Virus record (IMG/VR): IMGVR_UViG_3300036783_000171
Location: 1 to 32,600 of that record
Direction: 5' to 3' (one strand)
DNA length: 32,600 nucleotides
DNA from: a virus
Taxonomy: Duplodnaviria > Caudoviricetes
The notes below the pieces were generated by a model, which was given only the letters and a program-made list of their open reading frames with translations, made no database searches and was not told the origin of the DNA. The position numbers were made by a program, and so were the translations under genes. Numbering within the stretch: the stretch's first letter is position 1; each line of letters opens with the position of its first letter. This document shows positions 1 through 7,206 of this stretch, piece after piece.

Positions 1-1
1 C

Positions 2-40
2 ACGTATCATCTCGGCAAGCAGCTTATGGAGTACACATGA
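2..40 (+). CDS. 3' end of an upstream gene (…TYHLGKQLMEYT*), truncated by the window edge
   Basis: Frame is open from base 2 to TGA at 38-40, which forms an ATGA overlap with the next start at 37. Confidence 0.4.
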   Translation, partial: TYHLGKQLMEYT

Positions 41-261
41 ACCCGGTGCCGATATGTATAGGACAGAAGATAGGTCCCTGCGCGGTATGCTACTTCCCGA
101 TCATAGCATACGGCATCATACCGACTGAAGAAGATGCCGGAATGTTCCGGATGGATCATGACTTCATATGGTACAATCTATACTGTGACTGGGACACCTG
201 CGACTGGTTCTTCCGCCTATTCCACGACATGGAGGATAGCCCATGGAACCTACATCCCTAG
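37..261 (+). CDS. Small Cys-rich hypothetical protein (74 aa)
   Basis: GGAG at 28-31 before the ATG, ATGA coupling, and CxxC plus CxxxxC motifs. Confidence 0.6.
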   Translation: MNPVPICIGQKIGPCAVCYFPIIAYGIIPTEEDAGMFRMDHDFIWYNLYCDWDTCDWFFRLFHDMEDSPWNLHP

Positions 262-2522
262 AGGGCAGCCGTCCTGAAGCCGAGGAACTGCTCTGGCAAT
301 GGATAAGATATGGCTGGTCATATAGACGTATAGGCTCACTACCGCGCGCAGACATCGACTGGTACACTGATCGCATCCAGTATGAGATGTCCCTTATCCT
401 GCCGCGCGGACTCGCGGACTTTTTCCTGTTCACGAGCGACACGATCCGCTGGGGTAAGGACAACGGCATCCCCTTTGGTCCTGGCCGTGGCTCCACGGCT
501 GCCTCGGCCGTCGCCTACCTGCTCCGCATAACAGAGATACCGCCGCATAGGTACAAGGGTATGATCTTCGAGCGGTTCATCGACATCACGCGCCCTGACC
601 CTCCGGACATCGACGTCGACTGTTCAGATGAGGATCGCTGGCGAGTCTGGGAATACCTGGAGGGAAAGTACGGTTCCGACCGAGTCGGCCATATAGCTAA
701 CTTTGTTCGGTATCGCGGCAAGAATTCCCTGGCCGATGTTACGAACGTCTATAACATACCTATCTGGGCACGAGAGGGCGTAGCTGACCTAGTCATTGAA
801 CGGTCGGGCGGCGACTCTCGTTTCGATGCGTCCTTGGAGGATACGTTCGAGTTCTTCCCGGAAGCCAGGAAAATCCGCGACGAGTTCCCCGACATCGAAA
901 AGGCATGCCGCCTGGAAGGGGACGTGCGCGGGATGTCTGTTCATGCGGCTGGACTCGTCATAGCAAACTCCCCACTAACCGATATCTGCGCTATCTATGA
1001 GAAGGATGGCGTCAAGGTGATGAGCATCGATAAATATGATGTCGAGTACGCCGGTGCCCTGAAGCTTGACTTCCTCGGCCTTACGACTATGGGGATGATC
1101 GCGCGGTGCCTGAGGATGGCCGGGCTTACCCTAGCCGATCTCTACGCCGTGCCGGATACCGACCCGAAGACGATAGAGCTGTTCCAGAAGGGTGATGTCG
1201 TTGGGGTCTTCCAGTTCGAGGGCCGCGCCACGCGAATAGTGAACCGCAACGTGCATCCCGAGACCTTCATGCACATAGCGGATATCAATGCTCTGTCCCG
1301 GCCCGGTCCGCTCTACTCCGGACAGACTGAGAAGTATGTATTCGTGAAGCACGGGCAGCAGAAAGCGGAACACCTTCATCCGCTTGTTGATGCTGTTACC
1401 CAGGACTCATACGGGCAGATTATTTACCAGGAGCAGATCCTGCGAATCCTGAAGGAAGTGGGAGGGTTCGACTGGGGTCACGTAGGACATATCCGGCGGG
1501 TTATCTCAAAGAAGCTTGGCGAGGCTGCGTTCCAGATGTCGTACAAGATGTTCGAGGATGGCGCCATGGAGCTGCACGGCATCAACGCGGAGCTAGCCGA
1601 CCGGATATGGCGGCGACTCGTTACTGCCGGTACGTACAGCTTCAATATTGCGCACGCGATCTCCTACGCGATGCTGGCGTTCTGGACCGCATGGCTAAAG
1701 GCCAACTACCCGCTAGAATTCTACGCGGCATGCCTCCAGAAGTCGGCGGGCAATGCCGAGATGTCCTTTAGGCTTATGCGGGATGCCCTAGCGCACTCGT
1801 ATGATGTAAAGCCGCCCTCGTTGCAGTACTCGCGAGCTAACTGGAGACCGCTGCCGAAAGCCGAATGCCTAGTGGCAGGATGGCAGCAGATCCCGAAGAT
1901 AGGTGACAAAACCGCGCAGCGCATCGAGGAACTTGGAGGTGACTACGGATTTGATGACTGGATCGAGTTGCAGGCAATTCCCGGCATCGGCGATAAGACG
2001 ATCGCCCGCATGGAAGAATGGACCCTAGCCAAGGACCCGTTCGGCTTGTACCGTACGGAGAAGCGGCTAGCTTCTGTCTCCCGGTTCCTGCGCGGTCCTG
2101 GAAAGGGAACTGCACCGCTCCCGACACACGACGGGGAAGCTATGGCCTCGATGAAGGTTAAGCGCTATGAGAAGGGAACTAAATGGCAACCAGGACCGCG
2201 CGTCATCTATATGGGGATGGTAAAGAAAGTGGAATACAAGGACGTCATCGAAGACGAGCGTGCTACGACCGGTGAGGAGATACCGCAGATCCTGGCGCGG
2301 CTCTATAGGCCGGATCTCGTTAAGCGGGCAACGCTGCACTGTTACGACAACACTGACGAAGAGGTCTACGCGCGGGCTAACCGGTTCCACTTCCCAGGCT
2401 TGAAAACAAAGCTCGGGCTTATCCGGCCGAATCACGACGTAGTGGTCTTGGTCGGCCATCGCATCGCCGGATTCGGCACGCCTATGAATATATCGGAAAT
2501 GTGGGTTCTAGATCCCGATTAG
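243..2522 (+). CDS. dnaE: DNA polymerase III alpha-like (family C) catalytic polypeptide lacking the N-terminal PHP domain
   Basis: Motifs GPGRGSTAAS, FERF, PDIDVD, SVHAAG, KLDFLGL, GVFQFE, IYQEQI, YSFNIAHA and LKANYP, with C-terminal HhH/OB-like regions. GGAGG at 231-235 and an in-frame TAG at 237-239 fix the start. Confidence 0.95.
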   Translation: MEPTSLEGSRPEAEELLWQWIRYGWSYRRIGSLPRADIDWYTDRIQYEMSLILPRGLADFFLFTSDTIRWGKDNGIPFGPGRGSTAASAVAYLLRITEIPPHRYKGMIFERFIDITRPDPPDIDVDCSDEDRWRVWEYLEGKYGSDRVGHIANFVRYRGKNSLADVTNVYNIPIWAREGVADLVIERSGGDSRFDASLEDTFEFFPEARKIRDEFPDIEKACRLEGDVRGMSVHAAGLVIANSPLTDICAIYEKDGVKVMSIDKYDVEYAGALKLDFLGLTTMGMIARCLRMAGLTLADLYAVPDTDPKTIELFQKGDVVGVFQFEGRATRIVNRNVHPETFMHIADINALSRPGPLYSGQTEKYVFVKHGQQKAEHLHPLVDAVTQDSYGQIIYQEQILRILKEVGGFDWGHVGHIRRVISKKLGEAAFQMSYKMFEDGAMELHGINAELADRIWRRLVTAGTYSFNIAHAISYAMLAFWTAWLKANYPLEFYAACLQKSAGNAEMSFRLMRDALAHSYDVKPPSLQYSRANWRPLPKAECLVAGWQQIPKIGDKTAQRIEELGGDYGFDDWIELQAIPGIGDKTIARMEEWTLAKDPFGLYRTEKRLASVSRFLRGPGKGTAPLPTHDGEAMASMKVKRYEKGTKWQPGPRVIYMGMVKKVEYKDVIEDERATTGEEIPQILARLYRPDLVKRATLHCYDNTDEEVYARANRFHFPGLKTKLGLIRPNHDVVVLVGHRIAGFGTPMNISEMWVLDPD

Positions 2523-2530
2523 GAGTAACA

Positions 2531-2764
2531 ATGTCTATGGCAGAGCAGCAGTACGATGAAGAGGATTTCATCACCGTCAGGAATGCAGACCGCATGGATA
2601 CTGACACCTTCATCAAGCATATGGAATATAGGCACGCGGACTCCCTCGGGGGACTCCGCTACCTAAACTTCCCTACCGACTATGTAGAGGGATGCTGGCG
2701 TACCTTCCACGAAGCCCTGCACCACTTCAGGCTAACGCGCTTTAACCACGATCACGGACAGTAG
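2531..2764 (+). CDS. Hypothetical His-rich protein (77 aa)
   Basis: AGGAG at 2521-2525 then ATG at 2531; packed directly after dnaE. Confidence 0.75.
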   Translation: MSMAEQQYDEEDFITVRNADRMDTDTFIKHMEYRHADSLGGLRYLNFPTDYVEGCWRTFHEALHHFRLTRFNHDHGQ

Positions 2765-2765
2765 G

Positions 2766-2966
2766 ATGTTCTACGGCAGGTGCAAGGTAGAGGGATGCGG
2801 ATGGGTAGCTCTCATGCACAGTAGGTTCAAAGCACAGTGCGCCTCTACCTGGCACATATATGAGGACCACCCGGACATCTGGCTAGCGCAGGTAGGCGAC
2901 CGGCCCCCGAATGACCCTGACCCCCGCGATCCATTCTTTGACATGCTCTACGGCGGCGAGAACTAG
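2766..2966 (+). CDS. Hypothetical protein with a C2H2-like metal-binding pattern
   Basis: Starts 1 nt after the previous stop; CKVEGC…HIYEDH. Confidence 0.7.
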   Translation: MFYGRCKVEGCGWVALMHSRFKAQCASTWHIYEDHPDIWLAQVGDRPPNDPDPRDPFFDMLYGGEN

Positions 2967-3027
2967 GGTCGACTACGGTCGATTAGTATTCTAGCTGCAC
3001 GGGCCGGAGCGGTACCGCAGGCGCGAG

Positions 3028-3064
3028 TAGGCCGATCCGGCTACCCTAGCCCGGATCGGCCCTA
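3028..3064. terminator. GC-rich hairpin between convergent operons (probable terminator)
   Basis: GCCGATCCGG (3031-3040) pairs with CCGGATCGGC (3051-3060), with flanking TAG/CTA. No U-tract. Confidence 0.6.
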
Positions 3065-3135
3065 TCTAGCGAGCGTGCGGCCTGCCCGCGCGGCGGGCCG
3101 GAGAGCACCGGCCGGGTACCCTCCGGTAGCCGGGC

Positions 3136-4266
3136 CTAGGGGACCTTGAAAGCGGTCCAGACGGACCAGGTACCACCTACCGCGCGGACACGCCACAGGT
3201 AGGATATATGCCTCATGACGGCTATGGACGCGATGTGCGGGGTTGTCACATGCCAGTCCGTTATGAGCGTTCCGTCCGCCAGCGTGAGCTGGAAGTCATA
3301 TCCGGCGGCTCCATCGACCGGCAGCCATCCGAAGTTGATGGCAACAATTGCCGTCTGCGACAAGTTCGTCGGAGGTGGCAGCAGTGTCGACGTTGGGGTG
3401 GGAGTCGGGGTCGGGGTAGTCGTTGTCGGAGTTGGAGTCGGCGTAGGGCCAGGACCCGTTCCGTTCACTATCAGGGTGAAGTCGGTGAGCGGGTACGTCA
3501 GGGTAGCACCACCGGTCGAGGCGATCTCTAGCCCATAATCGATCTGGTCGAAGCTAGTGCCGGAATTGACGTAGCCGTTCCGCTCTAGCCATTCCATCGC
3601 CGCATCGATATCGACTGATCCGGCCTGCGCATTCCCCACGCGCACCAGGGTAATTGTCCCGTAGGCCGATGAGTTCGATGATGGACCGCGCAACCACAGT
3701 TCATACTGCGTGCCGTCCGGCGACTGGTACGTTAGGCCAGTATCATGGCCGCCCGGAGTCTGGCCATGGTTGTCGGTCCAGATCATGAGCTCGGTGTCGT
3801 TCTGCCAGGCCCCGGCTCCCTGCGGCGATAGCCACAGATCATAGGCCCACTCGTAGTCCTGACCATCCCCGGAAGGATCTCCCTGGGCATACGAGGACAC
3901 TAGCGACGTGCCGAACTGCGTGAGCGGTGGCGTTACGCCGGGCGGAAGGGTCAGGGTTACCTGCGTGTCCGGGTAGGAGACGACTGCCTGATTACCGTCC
4001 GCCATGTTCGCGGCGACACTCCAGTCACTATTGCTGTTCGCCGTGAGCGTCTGGTGCCAGTTAGCGGACGGATTCCATACGTCCTGGATGACCCACGGCA
4101 AGCCGTTATCATTGTAGATATTGGGGCTGGGATACGGACCACAGGTTCCGTCTCCAGCTGACGTTACGCACGGAGCCGCGCGAGCAACACCGCCGAACGC
4201 GACGGACAATGCCGCCATTAGGATTAGGGCCAGGAATATGGCCAGCGGACGCTTGCGAACTCTCAT
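3136..4266 (-). CDS. Secreted glycoside hydrolase family 12-like (endoglucanase/xyloglucanase fold) with Pro/Thr linker and C-terminal FN3-like domain
   Basis: Signal peptide ending ARA-A. GH12 motifs VVSYP, AYDLW, ELMIW (nucleophile Glu) and GLEI (acid/base Glu). PTPTPT linker, then a beta-rich domain with W…Y…Y.WRVRA. Confidence 0.8.
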   Translation of the reverse strand: MRVRKRPLAIFLALILMAALSVAFGGVARAAPCVTSAGDGTCGPYPSPNIYNDNGLPWVIQDVWNPSANWHQTLTANSNSDWSVAANMADGNQAVVSYPDTQVTLTLPPGVTPPLTQFGTSLVSSYAQGDPSGDGQDYEWAYDLWLSPQGAGAWQNDTELMIWTDNHGQTPGGHDTGLTYQSPDGTQYELWLRGPSSNSSAYGTITLVRVGNAQAGSVDIDAAMEWLERNGYVNSGTSFDQIDYGLEIASTGGATLTYPLTDFTLIVNGTGPGPTPTPTPTTTTPTPTPTPTSTLLPPPTNLSQTAIVAINFGWLPVDGAAGYDFQLTLADGTLITDWHVTTPHIASIAVMRHISYLWRVRAVGGTWSVWTAFKVP

Positions 4267-4280
4267 CTCACTCCATTCGA

Positions 4281-4901
4281 TTAACCACCTGGCCCAGGTT
4301 CAGGCACTAGCGGGTCGTGCGGTTCCATTCTGCTGATCATCGCGTCGTAGACCGGTATTGAGCGAGTATGCTCTAGCGGTTTCGACCATACACCCCTGAA
4401 GGGCGCGCGGTAATGACATGGCCACGAATATGGCTTCACGGCCGTGTACGCCATCATAACTATAGCGCCAGGGCGCATTTCCTCCCAGATAGACTTCTCC
4501 CAGGCAGTCTCGACATCATCATCCTTAAACGGCCGAGACGAGTAGATGATATCATACTCGGCGAATGGAGGATGTTCCTCACGAAAGTCCATGTACCGCG
4601 CGTCCACTTCAATCATGAGGGCTTTCGCGAGGTAGTCATGGCTTATCTCATAGCCGACTGCCTCCAGGCCATGGTAGCGCCCGGCCAGGTACAGCTTTGT
4701 GCCGATACCGCAGCCAGCCTCACAAAACCGTATCAGGTCCGTCCCCGCTAGCTGGTGCGTTGCGATCGACAGCATCCGGTCGAACTCAGACAGCTCTAGC
4801 GGATTCCACCGCCACATATCAGGATCTGGCTCGCCTCTTGCCTGCTCGATTGATAGCTGGGCCATCTCCATATCCCAGAGTTCCTGCCTGCTGATAAGCA
4901 T
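4281..4901 (-). CDS. Class I SAM-dependent methyltransferase, substrate unknown
   Basis: Motif I FCEAGCGIG, motif II GYEI and YDIIYSSRPF. Start placed at ATG 4901, downstream of GAGG. Confidence 0.85.
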   Translation of the reverse strand: MLISRQELWDMEMAQLSIEQARGEPDPDMWRWNPLELSEFDRMLSIATHQLAGTDLIRFCEAGCGIGTKLYLAGRYHGLEAVGYEISHDYLAKALMIEVDARYMDFREEHPPFAEYDIIYSSRPFKDDDVETAWEKSIWEEMRPGAIVMMAYTAVKPYSWPCHYRAPFRGVWSKPLEHTRSIPVYDAMISRMEPHDPLVPEPGPGG

Positions 4902-5083
4902 AATGACGATTTCCTCAGATGATCTGCCATCCTGGCTACCGGAATAAGCGCAAAGCACTCGTCGCACATCGCTACAGTAAGCGTGCCGTCCGAGCGGATA
5001 ACCTCAGCGATAACCCGTATAGGCTCATCAGCCGTGTCATCAATATCGATGACTAGCCGTACGGGAACTTCTATTGTACTCAA
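4796..5083 (-). CDS. Small hypothetical protein with CxxC…H motif; protein-like part appears to end at TTA 4901-4903
   Basis: GGGAGG SD then TTG at 5083; CDEC…DH. The ORF overruns the methyltransferase start by about 105 nt. Confidence 0.65.
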   Translation of the reverse strand: MSTIEVPVRLVIDIDDTADEPIRVIAEVIRSDGTLTVAMCDECFALIPVARMADHLRKSSLCLSAGRNSGIWRWPSYQSSRQEASQILICGGGIR

Positions 5084-5102
5084 GGTCTTTTCCTCCCAGT
5101 AG

Positions 5103-5134
5103 TGGCTGCGGCGGGTAAGAACCCGCCACAGCCA
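5103..5134 (-). terminator. 14-bp hairpin after the endolysin gene
   Basis: Minus-strand TGGCTGTGGCGGGT-TCTT-ACCCGCCGCAGCCA. It is fully paired with one G-U on the minus RNA and has a C-A mismatch on plus. Confidence 0.65.
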
Positions 5135-5145
5135 TATTGCCGCCT

Positions 5146-5937
5146 TTACGTCACCGGGGCGTTCCACGTCGCGTTCCAGGTGTCCGGCCCGACTAGCCCG
5201 TCAGATACAAGCCCCTTCTCAGCCTGGAACTGACGACACTGCCCTTCCGACTCCGGGCCGTACTCGCCATCTACGGACAGTGACCAGCCGCGCGATGACA
5301 TCTTGTCCTGCCAGACCTGGACGTCTGGGCAGGTATAGTTGTGTCCGTTCGCCGGGCCGAAGTAGTCGACATGGAGTGTCGGCGCTGAACCTCCACCTCC
5401 TCCACCACCCGAAGGTGGCGCCGGAGTACCGCCTCGTGCCAGGTCAAGTACGTAGTCCATGGGGAATCCGTTCCCACAATCGGAATGGTTGGTTCCCCAT
5501 GATCCGAGATCCCGGTGCTGACAGACACCACGACCACTTCCCTGTGCTTGCGAGGCTGTCAGCTTGGTGATCGGGATGCCGAACTTGCCAGCCTCCTCCT
5601 TCACCCAGTCGGCCGCGTTCAGCAGCATGTTGTTATGGCTGTTCTGCCACGTAGAGGTAGACCAGGAAGCAAACCCGCATAGCTCAGCCGCAACTGCTAC
5701 CGGGTTGGCATTTCCTTGGGTCCAGGCCTTGTTACCGCGCGAGACGTACTCGCCGATCTTGCCACGCTTGTCGTCGATTCCGACATGTGATGACACGCCG
5801 ACATCGCCCTGGAAGTAGTTCCCCAGGGACTCGTACGTTGTAGAACCCTCGGCCGTGTGGAGCACGATGAGGCGCACTGACGAGCCACCGCGCGACGAAT
5901 AGTTGGGGCTGGGAATCCAGACCCGCTGAAGACTCAT
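5146..5937 (-). CDS. Endolysin: N-acetylmuramoyl-L-alanine amidase (Amidase_2) plus peptidoglycan-binding domain
   Basis: SPNYSSR, IVLHTAEG, SSH, AWT, HRDL…HSDCG zinc ligands; Gly linker; DGEYGP…FQ…GL..DGLVGPDTW. Confidence 0.93.
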   Translation of the reverse strand: MSLQRVWIPSPNYSSRGGSSVRLIVLHTAEGSTTYESLGNYFQGDVGVSSHVGIDDKRGKIGEYVSRGNKAWTQGNANPVAVAAELCGFASWSTSTWQNSHNNMLLNAADWVKEEAGKFGIPITKLTASQAQGSGRGVCQHRDLGSWGTNHSDCGNGFPMDYVLDLARGGTPAPPSGGGGGGGSAPTLHVDYFGPANGHNYTCPDVQVWQDKMSSRGWSLSVDGEYGPESEGQCRQFQAEKGLVSDGLVGPDTWNATWNAPVT

Positions 5938-6227
5938 GACTGGAGCTTCCCTTCACTAACTCCAGGACCCGCGTCCCTGCGGTTCCACGGTTCCGTCTGG
6001 CGTTCGACCGGTGGCTCCGGACGTGCCCTGACCTGACGGAGTTCCGGCGCTAGGGGGTCGCGCGGAGCCTCATCCTCTTGCTTCTGTTCCATTCTGTTCA
6101 TCCTTTCTACAAAGCGCCGGTAGCGCTTCCGCTGATACATCTCCCATGCATCCAGCAGCTTCTCCACAGGAACAACAGCGAGCGCAACCGCTAGGCCCGC
6201 TATGCCCATCCAGAAGATCACTGCCAT
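5934..6227 (-). CDS. Single-TM membrane protein next to the endolysin (possible holin/lysis accessory)
   Basis: Hydrophobic N-terminus (AVIFWMGIAGLAVALAVV) with a charged tail; ATGA-coupled to the endolysin; ATG lies 6 nt after a -10 box. Confidence 0.55.
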   Translation of the reverse strand: MAVIFWMGIAGLAVALAVVPVEKLLDAWEMYQRKRYRRFVERMNRMEQKQEDEAPRDPLAPELRQVRARPEPPVERQTEPWNRRDAGPGVSEGKLQS

Positions 6228-6233
6228 GCATCG

Positions 6234-6262
6234 AGTATACTCCCCTCGCGCGGATTCGTCTA
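6234..6262 (-). promoter_or_regulatory. Sigma70/HrdB-type promoter for the lysis cassette, leaderless
   Basis: TAGACG-N17-TATACT-N6-ATG. Confidence 0.7.
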
Positions 6263-6265
6263 GCC

Positions 6266-7198
6266 CTAGAATCCGAAGACCATCAGGGCTGCTTTCGACA
6301 GCCTCCACGATCCTGAAGCTGGCGTAGCATAGGCCGTATTGGTGATTGTATGGTTCCCAGCCGAAAGCACTCCGATCCAGTGTCCTGATATAGCACTCGG
6401 GTCATTCTGTGGGACATTACGGTCACGTCCGCATTCAAACGTAGTGCCATCAACAGTAACCCTGTTGACATGCGCCAGGCTTGACTGCGTAACCTGCGTG
6501 CCGATGATGTCTGACAGAGCCGCTATCGTCATCGGCGATACGAGCGTAAAGCTGACCGTCGCCTGGTCCATCCATCCGGCAACGTCTCCGAGCGGTCCGG
6601 CCGCGTACCCGATCAGGTTGCCGCCTATCGCCGCCCACGAGTTGTTGCCATTGTTGTACGAGAAGCAGTTCCCGGTATCCACTTCGATGCCGATTGTCGG
6701 AAGCTCCGGAGCTGGATGTCCAATACCGGACAGCATCGGGAAAACTCCGCGACTAGCGAAGATCCTCTCATCGACCATGCCAGATACCGCGCCACCAGTA
6801 CCGGTTGACCAGTGGCTAATCGGTATGTCATAATTTCCCGCAGTAGTTTGCTGTAGCGGTGGCAGTCCGGGGGTTCCTGCCATTACCACTGGCTGAATTA
6901 CAGCAGGCGATGATGATGCCGTACGATTGTATCGAAGTACTAGCCTATCTGTACGGGCAGTTCCGCTGCCAGCCGGAATCGCTGTTGAGAGCGAAGCATC
7001 CGAACGCCATAGCTGCCCCTTGATGAGAACTGTTCCGGCCGACATCACGGCATTGCGACCCGAGGTATCAAGCGTCGGAACGAATGAGCTGCTGTTCGCA
7101 ACTCCACTAAGAACTCCGCAGTTGACTATGAAGTTCTCCCAGTCGGCCGTGGTTGTAAGCTGCGTGAACCCACTAGGCCGCGCGTCGTATGTAACCAT
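6266..7198 (-). CDS. Minor tail protein
   Basis: Position after the hub gene; actinophage minor-tail pattern R.DRLVLR…G.P..P.L…YDIPI…DER. Confidence 0.8.
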   Translation of the reverse strand: MVTYDARPSGFTQLTTTADWENFIVNCGVLSGVANSSSFVPTLDTSGRNAVMSAGTVLIKGQLWRSDASLSTAIPAGSGTARTDRLVLRYNRTASSSPAVIQPVVMAGTPGLPPLQQTTAGNYDIPISHWSTGTGGAVSGMVDERIFASRGVFPMLSGIGHPAPELPTIGIEVDTGNCFSYNNGNNSWAAIGGNLIGYAAGPLGDVAGWMDQATVSFTLVSPMTIAALSDIIGTQVTQSSLAHVNRVTVDGTTFECGRDRNVPQNDPSAISGHWIGVLSAGNHTITNTAYATPASGSWRLSKAALMVFGF

Positions 7199-7206
7199 TG
7201 CTACTC

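Noticed and set aside
243-330. Split intein at the DnaE N-terminus, as in cyanobacterial DnaE
   Set aside because: No C-intein ending in HN followed by C/S/T; the sequence enters the polymerase region directly.
3390-3460. Short-period GGGGTC/GGAGTC-like repeats
   Set aside because: Explained by the Pro/Thr linker of the GH12 protein.
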